Source of the DNA: Bacilli bacterium
Lineage (GTDB): Bacteria > Bacillota_I > Bacilli_A > RFN20 > CAG-288
Assembly (NCBI GenBank): GCA_017470005.1
Contig: JAFUFH010000091.1
Span: forward strand, 1-57,619
DNA: 57,619 nucleotides
Reading direction: 5' to 3'
The notes under the pieces were generated by a model. That model did no database searches. It saw nothing but the letters and a program-made list of their open reading frames with translations, and was not told where the DNA came from. Shown piece by piece: positions 1-9,509 of the stretch; the stretch's first letter is position 1, and the number at the start of each line of letters is the position of its first letter. Both the position numbers and the translations under genes were made by a program.

Positions 1-315
1 CTGTTGCGTTGGTGATAGCCGGAGAGGATTCATCGCCAAACAAATCTAGCCGGCTATCACCAACACAATCTAAATATGTTTGGCTAAATGATTATACAAC
101 ATTAACATATTTTCATCCTACATTTGCACCAATAGACGAGAAAATTGTCGCCATAGTTTTATTAATTATTGATTTAATAGAAAAAATCTATATACAAATG
201 AGACAAAATTTAGTAAAATAACTACACAAAGAATGACATCCATTGTCATCTTTCTCTCCGCTTGAGAGACCTTGAAACGATAATTAATTCCATCATAAAT
301 TCCCAAACACTTGAA

Positions 316-350
316 GGGGTGAAGATTCGTCTTCCCCCTGATTTTTTTTT
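316..350 (+). terminator. Intrinsic terminator-like hairpin upstream of ldh
   Basis: GGGG-T-GAAGA/TTCG loop/TCTTC-CCCC followed by TGA and a 9-T run. Confidence 0.6.
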
Positions 351-418
351 GTTCATTTTTCAACACGATAGTATCAGTAAATGATAAAATATCTTATCCT
401 TGAAAGGAGAAATATATT

Positions 419-1372
419 ATGGTCAATTTGAAAAAAGCTGCGATCATCGGCTTAGGAAATGTGGGAGCTTCTATCGCTTTCCATTTGATGACAACCAATC
501 TCTTCTCTGAATTGGTTTTGATCGATATCGCCAAAGATAAAGCGGAAGGGGAAGCGATGGATCTCTCCCACGGTCTTCCTTATTGTTCTTCCGTCATGGA
601 TATTCATCACGGAGATTACGAAGATATCAAAGATGCTTCCGTCATCATTTTAACTTCTGGTGCCGCTCAAAAAGTCGGTGAGACTCGTTTAGATCTCATC
701 CACAAGAATGTCGCCATCTTAAGAAGTATCTTAAAAGAATTGAAGAGAGTAGAGATGGAAGGCATCTTATTACTGGTGGCTAATCCAGTGGATATCTTGA
801 CCCACTTTGCTGTGAAAGAACTCGGCATTCCTAAGAGCAGAGTCTTCGGTTCTGGAACCGTCTTAGATACAGCAAGACTGAAATTCCTTCTCTCTCAGAG
901 ATTAGAAGTAGACCCGAGAAACGTTCACGCCGTCATCATCGGTGAACACGGAGATAGCGAATTAGCGGTGGATTCTATCGCCAATATCTCCTCCATGCCT
1001 TTAGAAGATTTCATGGATTATAAAGGTATTGAAAACAAAGGCGAAGTTTTACAAGAGATCGATAAAGAAGTGCGTGAATCCGCTTATGAGATCATCTCCA
1101 AAAAAGGATCTACCTATTATGGTATCGCCATGTCTGTGGGTAGAATCTGCTCCGCTATTGTCAATGACGAACACTCTATGCTTCCGGTCTCTGTCGAATT
1201 AGACGGGGAATACGGATTAAAAGATATCGCACTTTCTATCCCCTCTATCGTGGGAAGAAAAGGTGTGGAACACATTTTAGAGATTCCTCTCTCTGTCTCT
1301 GAAAGAAGAAAGCTCATCCGCTCTGGAGAGAGCTTAGGAGAAGTCATCCGCTCTGTCAACGAAAAGAAGTGA
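419..1372 (+). CDS. ldh: L-lactate dehydrogenase
   Basis: IIGLGNVG Rossmann motif, GETRLDL, ANPVD, GSGTVLDTAR and IIGEHGDS motifs; AAAGGAG RBS. Confidence 0.95.
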   Translation: MVNLKKAAIIGLGNVGASIAFHLMTTNLFSELVLIDIAKDKAEGEAMDLSHGLPYCSSVMDIHHGDYEDIKDASVIILTSGAAQKVGETRLDLIHKNVAILRSILKELKRVEMEGILLLVANPVDILTHFAVKELGIPKSRVFGSGTVLDTARLKFLLSQRLEVDPRNVHAVIIGEHGDSELAVDSIANISSMPLEDFMDYKGIENKGEVLQEIDKEVRESAYEIISKKGSTYYGIAMSVGRICSAIVNDEHSMLPVSVELDGEYGLKDIALSIPSIVGRKGVEHILEIPLSVSERRKLIRSGESLGEVIRSVNEKK

Positions 1373-1394
1373 TCCGCGCAGGATCACTTTTTTT
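1367..1394 (+). terminator. ldh terminator
   Basis: AAGTGATCC-GCGCA-GGATCACTT plus T run, overlapping the ldh stop. Confidence 0.8.
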
Positions 1395-1402
1395 GAGCAG
1401 CG

Positions 1403-1428
1403 AAAAAGGCCGTGGCTAGCACGACCTT
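1403..1428 (-). terminator. thrS terminator
   Basis: Minus strand AAGGTCGTG-CTAGC-CACGGCCTT-TTT just after the thrS stop. Confidence 0.7.
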
Positions 1429-1436
1429 ATCTTGCT

Positions 1437-3356
1437 TTAATATTCTCTCTTGAAGGCTTTGGTGGAGATATCTTTTGTAACGATCTTTAAGAATTCGTTC
1501 TCTTTGACGGTTTTTGAATCCATGTGACCATAGAGACGATAAGTCAAATCTTTGGCAGTGGCTTCCTTCAAACCGATGACAAGAGTGTAAGGGATCTTCT
1601 TGGTCTGGGCATCTCTAATCTTGTAAGAGAGCTTTTCATTTCTCTCATCTAAGGAGACACGGACACTCTTCTTCTCTAATTTGGCTTTAACTTCCTTACA
1701 ATATTTCATGATGGCTTCATCATCATTGACGGGCATGATTCTCACCTGTTCAGGAGCAAGCCAAGTGGGGAAGGCACCTTTGAAGTTTTCGGTGATGATA
1801 CCAAAGAAACGTTCAAAGGAACCAAAGATGGCTCTGTGAAGCATGACAGGTTCTTTCTTCTTGCCATCTTTATCCGTGTAAGCGCAGTGGAAACGGTGAG
1901 GGAGCTGCATATCGAGCTGGATGGTACCGCACTGCCAGACACGGTTTAACGAATCGCGGATCTTAAAGTCAAGTTTCGGACCATAGAAAGCGCCATCGCC
2001 TTCATTGATTTCATAAGGAACTTTGTTGTGCTCTAAGGCTTCTTTTAAGGCTTCTTCCGCTTTATCCCAAGTGGAGATCTTACCGATGAATTTCTCAGGA
2101 CGAGTGGAAAGTTCAACCTCATAAGTCAAACCGAAAGTAGAATAGACTTCCCCGAAGAGCTTGAGCATCTTCTTGATTTCTTCCGAGATTTGATCGAAAG
2201 CTAAGAAGATATGAGCATCATCTTGGGTGAAGGCTCTGACACGGAAAAGACCGTTTAAAGCACCGCTTGCTTCATGGCGGTGATCCAAACCATATTCTGC
2301 TAAACGGAGAGGAAGTTCACGATAAGAGTGAAGATCATTTTGATAGACTAGGATTGCTCCAGGGCAGTTCATCGGTTTGATGGCGTAAGGCTTGCCATCG
2401 ACCTTGGTGATATACATGTTCTCTTTGTATTTCTTCCAGTGACCGGAAGTGAGCCAGAGCTCTCTAGAGAGCATCTGAGGAGTCTTTAAGAAATAGTATC
2501 CGCCTTGAGTGAGTTTTTCCCAGAGGAAGTTTTCTAATTCGTGACGGATGATCATACCGTTAGGGAGCCAGAAAGGAAGACCAGGTCCATAATCGGAGAA
2601 CATGAAGAGACCAAGCTCTTTACCTAAACGCTTGTGGTCGGCTTCTTTTCTTTCTTCTAAGAGCTTCAAATAAGCATCTAAATCGGCTTGAGAGAAGAAG
2701 GCGGTACCATAGATTCTGGTGAGAGAATCATTGTTCTTGTCGCCTTGGAAATAACAAGCGGAAGTGGACATGATCTTGAAGGCTTTGATGTCCTTGGTAG
2801 CTTTCATGTGAGGGCCACGGCAAAGGTCAAACCAATCGCCTTGACGGTAGATGGAAAGCTTTGCACCAGCATCGACCAATTCTTTGATGTGAGTGGATTT
2901 ATATTTTTGATCTTTGAATAATTCTAAGGCTTCTTCGCCAGTGAGATTGACTCTTTCAATCTTCTGGTTCATAGAGACGATACGACTCATCTCTTTTTCA
3001 ATCTTAGCAAAATCATTTTCGCCGATGACCACAGGAAGCTTCATATCATAATAGAAACCATCCTCCGTGGCAGGACCATAAGCAAATTGGGTGCTAGGAT
3101 AGAGGTGAGAGATGGCTTCCGCCATCAAGTGAGCGGCGCTGTGACGAAGAACTTCAAGCGCTTCTTTGCTCTGCTTGGTGATGACTTCAAAAGTGCAATC
3201 TCCAGGAAGAGGTTCATTCATATCGACAAGCTCACCGTTGACTTTGACACAGATGGCTTTCTCCGCCAAAGACAAAGAGATAGATTTGGCACCATCTAAG
3301 CCAGTAGCTCCATCTTCTAACACTTTGATGGATTTATCAGGTAATATCAGATTCAT
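1437..3356 (-). CDS. thrS: Threonyl-tRNA synthetase
   Basis: TGS domain, HSAAHLMA and DLCRGPH editing motifs, KPMNCPG, HRHEASG, QCGTIQLD, HRAIFGSFERF. Confidence 0.97.
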   Translation of the reverse strand: MNLILPDKSIKVLEDGATGLDGAKSISLSLAEKAICVKVNGELVDMNEPLPGDCTFEVITKQSKEALEVLRHSAAHLMAEAISHLYPSTQFAYGPATEDGFYYDMKLPVVIGENDFAKIEKEMSRIVSMNQKIERVNLTGEEALELFKDQKYKSTHIKELVDAGAKLSIYRQGDWFDLCRGPHMKATKDIKAFKIMSTSACYFQGDKNNDSLTRIYGTAFFSQADLDAYLKLLEERKEADHKRLGKELGLFMFSDYGPGLPFWLPNGMIIRHELENFLWEKLTQGGYYFLKTPQMLSRELWLTSGHWKKYKENMYITKVDGKPYAIKPMNCPGAILVYQNDLHSYRELPLRLAEYGLDHRHEASGALNGLFRVRAFTQDDAHIFLAFDQISEEIKKMLKLFGEVYSTFGLTYEVELSTRPEKFIGKISTWDKAEEALKEALEHNKVPYEINEGDGAFYGPKLDFKIRDSLNRVWQCGTIQLDMQLPHRFHCAYTDKDGKKKEPVMLHRAIFGSFERFFGIITENFKGAFPTWLAPEQVRIMPVNDDEAIMKYCKEVKAKLEKKSVRVSLDERNEKLSYKIRDAQTKKIPYTLVIGLKEATAKDLTYRLYGHMDSKTVKENEFLKIVTKDISTKAFKREY

Positions 3357-3389
3357 AAATTATTTTCTCCTAAATTGGTGGTTTGGTAG

Positions 3390-4271
3390 TTATTTTTTGA
3401 GTGCGTACCAAGCTAAGGCACCCGCGGCAGCAATGCCGACATCTTGTTTGAAAGCCGCTTCTCTTAAGACGATAGGTCTAAGTCTCCAAGTGGCGACAGA
3501 AGCGTTAGCGATACGCTCTAAATCCTTTAAGAAGACATCGCTAGATTTCATGACACCGCCAGAGAGAGCGTATTGTTCACAATCGAAGAGGAGTTGAAGA
3601 TTTCCAAAGAAGAGACCTAACATCTTAATCCAAATATCATAGACTCTCAAGATTTCGGGATTGCGACTTCTCACGCCATCGAAGAATTCTTTTCCATCCA
3701 CGATTCTCACACCGTTTAAGGAAGCTAAGTGAACGATACCATTACCAGAGAGGAGGAATTCGCTCTCATACATGGTTCCGTTATATTCTTGCATGGTTCT
3801 ACCGGCTTCCAAAGGAAGATCGATGAGTTCCCCATTGTGCACGACACCCAAACCGATACCGGTAGAGATGGTGACAAACGCAGAATCTGCTAAGCCTTTG
3901 TTGACGCCGTATTCTGCTTCCACTAAAGCGGAGCAGTTACCATCGTTAGCGATCTTGATTTTGACATTGGGGAAATCTCTTAAGAAGAGCTCTTCAAAAT
4001 CGAATCCACCTTCAATGCCTAAATTGCCGACTCTACCGACCTTGTTATGCACGACAACACCGCACATAGACATACCAATCGCTTCGACCTTGCAGTGCGC
4101 TTCTTTGCAAACTTCTCCGATGAGCTCTTTCATGATCTCATAAAGTTTTAAAGGGTTGTTAGCAAGGGTAGGTTGTCTTCTCACGGCTAAGACATTGAGT
4201 TCTTTATCAACCACAGCGACTCTAAGATTTGTGCCACCACAGTCGATGGCGATGACTTTTTCAATAGACAT
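3390..4271 (-). CDS. ROK family sugar kinase (probable glucokinase)
   Basis: AIDCGGTNLR, IANDGNCSALVE and TISTGIGLG ROK motifs; co-oriented with pyk. Confidence 0.8.
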   Translation of the reverse strand: MSIEKVIAIDCGGTNLRVAVVDKELNVLAVRRQPTLANNPLKLYEIMKELIGEVCKEAHCKVEAIGMSMCGVVVHNKVGRVGNLGIEGGFDFEELFLRDFPNVKIKIANDGNCSALVEAEYGVNKGLADSAFVTISTGIGLGVVHNGELIDLPLEAGRTMQEYNGTMYESEFLLSGNGIVHLASLNGVRIVDGKEFFDGVRSRNPEILRVYDIWIKMLGLFFGNLQLLFDCEQYALSGGVMKSSDVFLKDLERIANASVATWRLRPIVLREAAFKQDVGIAAAGALAWYALKK

Positions 4272-4286
4272 AAATACCTCTCTTTT

Positions 4287-5750
4287 TTAGTCTTCATCAT
4301 ACACACCCTGTTCGTTGAGGGTGAGAACTTTCATGAAATTGGTTTTTCCAGCACCGACAGGTGTACCACCTGTCATGATGATACGAGATCCAAAGGGAAT
4401 GTTGTAATCCTTTGCAATCTTGAGGGCTAAAACTTCCATCTCTTCTGTGAATTGAGGAACCTTCTTTACATGGTAAGGATAGCAACCATAGTAGAGCATG
4501 GAATGGGTGAGAGTATCGATATCAGAAGAGACAACAAATAAGGGACAAACGGGTCTAGTTTTGGAGATACGGATAGCGGTCTTACCAGAGACAGAGAAGC
4601 AAACGATCAATTTGGCATTGATGAGGATTGCCGTATCTGTGACAGCGGCAGAGATCGCGTCAGAGACAGATTTATCCGAAGTTTCAAAGGCTTCGTTTTT
4701 GGCATCTTTGTAATTGTAATGAAGTTCCACTTCTCTAGCGATTCTTGCTTGCATCGCAACAGATTCGATAGGGTATTGACCCGAAGCGGATTCTCCAGAG
4801 AGCATGACCGCATCACTACCTTGATCAATCGCCCAGGCCACGTCAGAGACTTCGGCTCTGGTGGGGAAGGGATTGTGAATCATAGAATCTAACATCTGAG
4901 TAGCGGTGATGACAGGTTTACCATATTTACGGCACTCTTCAATGATATATCTCTGATAAGTAGGAACTTGTTCGGCAGGGATTTCCACACCCAAGTCACC
5001 TCTTGCGACCATGATGCCATCGCTCTCGCGGATGATCTCATCCAAGTTTTCGATGGATTCGGTATTCTCAATCTTAGAGAAGATGAGAATGTTCTTTCCG
5101 CCGTTAGCGTCAAGAAGTTCTCTCATATCGCGGATATCTTGAACATTTCTGACAAAGGAAGCGGAGATTAAGTCAACATGATGATGACAACCGAAGATCA
5201 AGTCGTTCTTATCTTGTTCTGAGAGATAAGGCATGGTGAGGTGAATGCCAGGGCAGTTGACACCTCTTCTATCTTTGCAGCGATGTTTGTTCAACACCTT
5301 GCAAACTAACTCTTTGTGTTCGTTATCTTTTTCGATGACTTCCAGGGCGAGATTACCGTCATCTAAACGGATCTTATCGCCAACGTGACAATCGTTGAAA
5401 AGGTTGAGATAAGTGACACCGAACTTTTCGGCAGTGCCAAGGTTTTCTACACCCATGGTGATGCGAGTGGTCTTTCCGGTTTCAAAATCGGCATAGCCAC
5501 CTTCAAACATACCGGTACGGATCTCAGGACCTTTGGTATCTAAGCAAATCGGAATGATGATGTTTTCTTCTTGCATGATTTGACGAAGAGTGTTCATCTT
5601 CTCTAATTGTCCTTCATAAGTACCATGAGAGAAATTGAGTCTCATACAAGTCATACCATTCTTTAGTAATTGAAGCATGACTTCTTTGTCTTGACTAGCA
5701 GGACCGATGGTACAAACGATTTTTGTTTTTTTATCAATTCTGTAATACAT
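4287..5750 (-). CDS. pyk: Pyruvate kinase
   Basis: KTKIVCTIGPAS, RLNFSHG, DTKGPEIRTG, MVARGDLGVE, TATQMLDSM, PTRAEVSDV. Confidence 0.97.
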   Translation of the reverse strand: MYYRIDKKTKIVCTIGPASQDKEVMLQLLKNGMTCMRLNFSHGTYEGQLEKMNTLRQIMQEENIIIPICLDTKGPEIRTGMFEGGYADFETGKTTRITMGVENLGTAEKFGVTYLNLFNDCHVGDKIRLDDGNLALEVIEKDNEHKELVCKVLNKHRCKDRRGVNCPGIHLTMPYLSEQDKNDLIFGCHHHVDLISASFVRNVQDIRDMRELLDANGGKNILIFSKIENTESIENLDEIIRESDGIMVARGDLGVEIPAEQVPTYQRYIIEECRKYGKPVITATQMLDSMIHNPFPTRAEVSDVAWAIDQGSDAVMLSGESASGQYPIESVAMQARIAREVELHYNYKDAKNEAFETSDKSVSDAISAAVTDTAILINAKLIVCFSVSGKTAIRISKTRPVCPLFVVSSDIDTLTHSMLYYGCYPYHVKKVPQFTEEMEVLALKIAKDYNIPFGSRIIMTGGTPVGAGKTNFMKVLTLNEQGVYDED

Positions 5751-5947
5751 GTGGAAGTCTCCTTGATAATCAAAATCTTAATATAAATATATTCTATATT
5801 TAACCTTAGATATTATAGACACATTTCCCTCATAAATAAAGGGATATTGTCTTCTCCTTTTGCCTTTTTGCCCTAAAAATGCATTCTGTCTAGAAAAAAG
5901 CAAATATTCATTCCTCAAGTGAGCTAGAATCGATTATAATAAGGAAT

Positions 5948-7189
5948 ATGAAAATCGTTGAAAGCAATTCTTATTTCTCTCTCATAAAAGACTTCTCTCT
6001 ATCGGAATCTGATCACAAAGTTCTCTCTTTCCTTTATTTACCCATATTGAAAGGGGAAGCTTTTTCTTTGTATCGCATCTTTTATGATTACACTTCTTTA
6101 CAGAATTCTTTAGGTGGATTCATCCATCAAGATTTTCTTTCCATGATCAATATGAGCGATGCTTCTTTCCTTCTTGCTAGAAGCAAATTGGAAGCTATCG
6201 GATTATTAGAAACCTATCGAAAAGAAGAATACGATCAAGAACATCGAAGCAAAGTAACTTATATTTATAAATTAGTCGCCCCTGCTTCTCCCAAAAAATT
6301 CTTCGAAGATGTCCTTCTTCGCGCCCTTCTTTTAGATGAAGTAGGACAGAAGAGGTATCATTTCTTAAGCGGATACTTTAAGACTATTAGCAAAGATTTG
6401 ACTGGCTTTAGCAATATCACAACTCCTTTTAAGGAAGTCTTCATTCCTCAAGTCAAAGATGGGGATGTCTCTTTAGAACCGGTCATGGATGTCTTAGAGG
6501 ACAAGTCTTATAAACCACAATCTCGTTTTGATAAAGCAAAATTAAAGAAGATTCTTAAACAGAATCAGTACCCTGTTTCTCGTTTAGAAAAATATATGCC
6601 GCAGATTCAAAACGCTGCTGTTCTTTATGATATCGATGAAGAACACATCTATGAATTGATTGAGAAGAATACGGATAGTGACGGAGACTTTTATTTAGAA
6701 CAGTTCATCCAAGATATTCGCTCATATAGGCAATTTGCTAAACCTAACAACTCTTCTAAGAAAGAAGACGTTGCTTTTGGTAATGAAGAGATTGCTAAGC
6801 TTGTCCAAGCCTTTAATGATTGCACTCCAGAAGAATATCTCTATCTCCGTTTCAATGCCAAACCTGCCAAATACATGCTGCAAGAGATTGAAGAATTGAA
6901 GAATAATTTAGGCTTTGAAAACAATATGATCAATCTTATCCTTCACTATTCTTTAAGCAAGACCAATATGGAATTTAATAAGAACTTCATCGACAAGGTC
7001 GCTTATACCCTTTCGGGAAAGAATGTCAGCGATGTCTATTCTGCGATGGTCATGCTCACTTCTCGCGATTTTGAAGTTTCCAATAAGAGAAGAAGCAGCA
7101 AAAAGAAAAAAGAAGAAGTGGTAGAACAAGAAGATAGTTCTACACAAGAAGAGCTCAAAGATGCTCTTGAGGGGTTAAATATCTTATGA
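5948..7189 (+). CDS. dnaB: Replication initiation and membrane attachment protein DnaB (Firmicute type)
   Basis: LYLPIL..AFSLY and LEAIGLLETY N-terminal motifs, C-terminal DnaB_2-like region; ATGA overlap with a dnaI-like gene. Confidence 0.75.
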   Translation: MKIVESNSYFSLIKDFSLSESDHKVLSFLYLPILKGEAFSLYRIFYDYTSLQNSLGGFIHQDFLSMINMSDASFLLARSKLEAIGLLETYRKEEYDQEHRSKVTYIYKLVAPASPKKFFEDVLLRALLLDEVGQKRYHFLSGYFKTISKDLTGFSNITTPFKEVFIPQVKDGDVSLEPVMDVLEDKSYKPQSRFDKAKLKKILKQNQYPVSRLEKYMPQIQNAAVLYDIDEEHIYELIEKNTDSDGDFYLEQFIQDIRSYRQFAKPNNSSKKEDVAFGNEEIAKLVQAFNDCTPEEYLYLRFNAKPAKYMLQEIEELKNNLGFENNMINLILHYSLSKTNMEFNKNFIDKVAYTLSGKNVSDVYSAMVMLTSRDFEVSNKRRSSKKKKEEVVEQEDSSTQEELKDALEGLNIL

Positions 7190-8160
7190 ACGGGGATGAG
7201 AGAATCACGGCGGAATTTTTAGGATTTTCTGGCGAAATCACCTTGAATCCTAAAGAGGAAGAAATGTTAAAGAAAACCGTCCAAGCCATGATGCAAGAAG
7301 ATATTCATGGACTCACATCCATCAAGAAATTATTGAAGGATGAGAATACTTTTTCGAATTCTTTGGGAAATATTTATCTTTATTTAAAAGATAGAAAAGT
7401 TTGTTCTTCTTCTTGCCACAAGCATCTCTATGATTGCCCGAAGAAGAAACAGGGATATTGTTTGATTCCAACATATGATTCTTCTAGAAATGAAATCAAA
7501 ATCTCTATGAGAGAATGCGAATATTCTAGAGAAGTAAACCTCGCTTTAAAGAATGTTTATCCTCTGGATATCAACGGGTTAAGAATGTATAGTGAAGCTT
7601 CTAAATTCTTAGTGGCTTTGATGGAAAAAGAGAACGGAAAGATCATGAAAGATTCTCTATCTCTCATCGTCTCTGTCTCTAAACTTCTCAAGGATTTATC
7701 CTTTGAAGAGAAACAGACCAAAGGATTTGCTATTCATGCTATCAACAGCGAAGATTTGCCTTCTACATTGTTAAAGACAATCTGTTATATGTTTGCAAAA
7801 GTTGGAGTGAAATGCTCCTACTTAAATACCAATTCTCTCTTCTATCAATTGAGAAGCTACAATTCCAACGAACTTGCCGAAAAAGATTATCATAAAGCAT
7901 GTATTGTCGATGTCTTATTCTTAGAAGATTTCAATTCCTATCCTAAGTGTGGTGGAGATTTCGAAGATAAATATTTGCTTCCTTTCTTAGAGAGCAGAGC
8001 AAAAAGTGGAAAGTTAACTTTCTGCTCTTATCATTCTCTTTCTCCGGAAAAGACCATCAAATATGCCTTCAAAGATAGCGATAAACTCTCTAAAGCCTTA
8101 TCTCTAGTGGAAAAGATCTTCCAAGAAGTCACCATCAAAGATTTCTCTTTAAAATATTAG
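7186..8160 (+). CDS. dnaI: DnaI-like helicase loader with degenerate Walker A
   Basis: Position after dnaB, N-terminal Cys cluster, DVLFLEDF Walker B-like and R..SGKLTF motif; GxxxxGKT absent. Confidence 0.65.
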   Translation: MNGDERITAEFLGFSGEITLNPKEEEMLKKTVQAMMQEDIHGLTSIKKLLKDENTFSNSLGNIYLYLKDRKVCSSSCHKHLYDCPKKKQGYCLIPTYDSSRNEIKISMRECEYSREVNLALKNVYPLDINGLRMYSEASKFLVALMEKENGKIMKDSLSLIVSVSKLLKDLSFEEKQTKGFAIHAINSEDLPSTLLKTICYMFAKVGVKCSYLNTNSLFYQLRSYNSNELAEKDYHKACIVDVLFLEDFNSYPKCGGDFEDKYLLPFLESRAKSGKLTFCSYHSLSPEKTIKYAFKDSDKLSKALSLVEKIFQEVTIKDFSLKY

Positions 8161-8207
8161 CTCAAATGTCCTTCTAGAACACAACATGTGGTAGGAGGAC
8201 TTTTTTT

Positions 8208-9509
8208 ATGTCATATCAGGTACAAAAAGATGATTGTGGGAAAGCGGTCGTTCGTGAATTATTGACGACAGTGTTTAAAGATGATGCGTTTCAAACACGG
8301 AATTTGATTTCGGATTGTAAAAACTTTAAATCGATACGAGAAGAATTAGAACGAAATGAATGCAAATATACTTCTTATGAAGTGGAGGATGTTGCTTATC
8401 TTAGTAAGAATCAGCTTCCCTGTATCGCCCAAGTGATGAATGGGGATGTCGCTCATTTTGTGATGATTAAAAAGATCAGCAAGAAAGATGTCACTATTTT
8501 CGATCCTCAATTTGGAAATTATTCTCTTTCTTTGGATGAATTCTCTCAAGTGTTTTTAAACAAAGTGTTACTCAAGGATACCATCGGGAAGAAACCAGAT
8601 GTGTTATCTACCGATATCTTTAAAAAGAGTGAGAAGGTTCTCTACTTCTCTCTCTTTGTTTTGGAAAGTGCCTCACTCTGTCTTTTGTTCTCATCCACCA
8701 ATATCACAGGTGGTTTCATCTTTTCTATTGTTATGGCGGTTGTTTTCTTATCTTTCATCTTAATACAAAATGTGTTCAATTCTATGGTTAGGAAAAGATT
8801 AGATATCGAATTGATGATTCCGTATCTGAGAGTCAGCAAGAACAAAGAAGATTATTCTCACCTTTCTAGTCTTGTCAATGAAAGCATTGGAAAGATGTCA
8901 AAGAGTGTCTCTTATGCTGCCATTTGTGTTGGGGTTATCTTTCTCATCTTCATGAATTCGTTGTATATGTCTTTGTTGACATTGATCTCTTTGAGTTTTT
9001 CTTTTTTACGCTTTCCTCTCGAATACAAAAAGAATTACACCAATCGTTATTGTTCCATCCATGAAGGAATCTTTTTAAACGAATTAGGAAAGAATGATGA
9101 TGTCGCACTTTCCCATTATCAGAAGGCCAAAAGAGCTGCACTTGGTTTGGTATCTTTGATCTTAGCTAGCTGGGTATTAGAAGCTATCGCTTTGATTTCT
9201 ATCATTTTGATTCGCATGGTCACCGTAGATGGGATGCATTTGAATGTCTTTGTTTTCTACTTTGGTTTAGCGATGTCTTTGAGTGTCAATTTACGTCAAT
9301 TATATTCCGCATTGCTCGGGGATCATAAGCGTATTCGTGCGATAAATTCATTAAGTTATGATTTAGGAGTTTTTTTACTTAAAAGTAAAATAAAATTAGA
9401 TTATACTATTAAGGCTGATGAAGGAGTCATTGACCGAAATGAAAGAAAAGCACGTGTTGGATTATCTCGACAAGATGTCGAAGGGGAGACGATTAAAGAA
9501 AATATTTGA
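8208..9509 (+). CDS. C39 cysteine peptidase domain fused to a multi-pass membrane region, no ATPase domain
   Basis: N-terminal Q..DCG, AHFVMI and IFDPQ motifs, then about 5-6 hydrophobic segments; GGAGG RBS. Confidence 0.7.
   Translation: MSYQVQKDDCGKAVVRELLTTVFKDDAFQTRNLISDCKNFKSIREELERNECKYTSYEVEDVAYLSKNQLPCIAQVMNGDVAHFVMIKKISKKDVTIFDPQFGNYSLSLDEFSQVFLNKVLLKDTIGKKPDVLSTDIFKKSEKVLYFSLFVLESASLCLLFSSTNITGGFIFSIVMAVVFLSFILIQNVFNSMVRKRLDIELMIPYLRVSKNKEDYSHLSSLVNESIGKMSKSVSYAAICVGVIFLIFMNSLYMSLLTLISLSFSFLRFPLEYKKNYTNRYCSIHEGIFLNELGKNDDVALSHYQKAKRAALGLVSLILASWVLEAIALISIILIRMVTVDGMHLNVFVFYFGLAMSLSVNLRQLYSALLGDHKRIRAINSLSYDLGVFLLKSKIKLDYTIKADEGVIDRNERKARVGLSRQDVEGETIKENI

Noticed and set aside
1370-1372. 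Host using genetic code 4 (TGA=Trp)
   Set aside because: ldh, dnaB and era end at TGA where expected, with a terminator or ATGA-coupled next gene, and conserved Trp residues use TGG.
3357-3389. T-box leaders upstream of thrS, glyS or hisS
   Set aside because: The thrS and glyS upstream gaps are only about 25-33 nt, and no GGTGGNACC T-box motif is visible before hisS.
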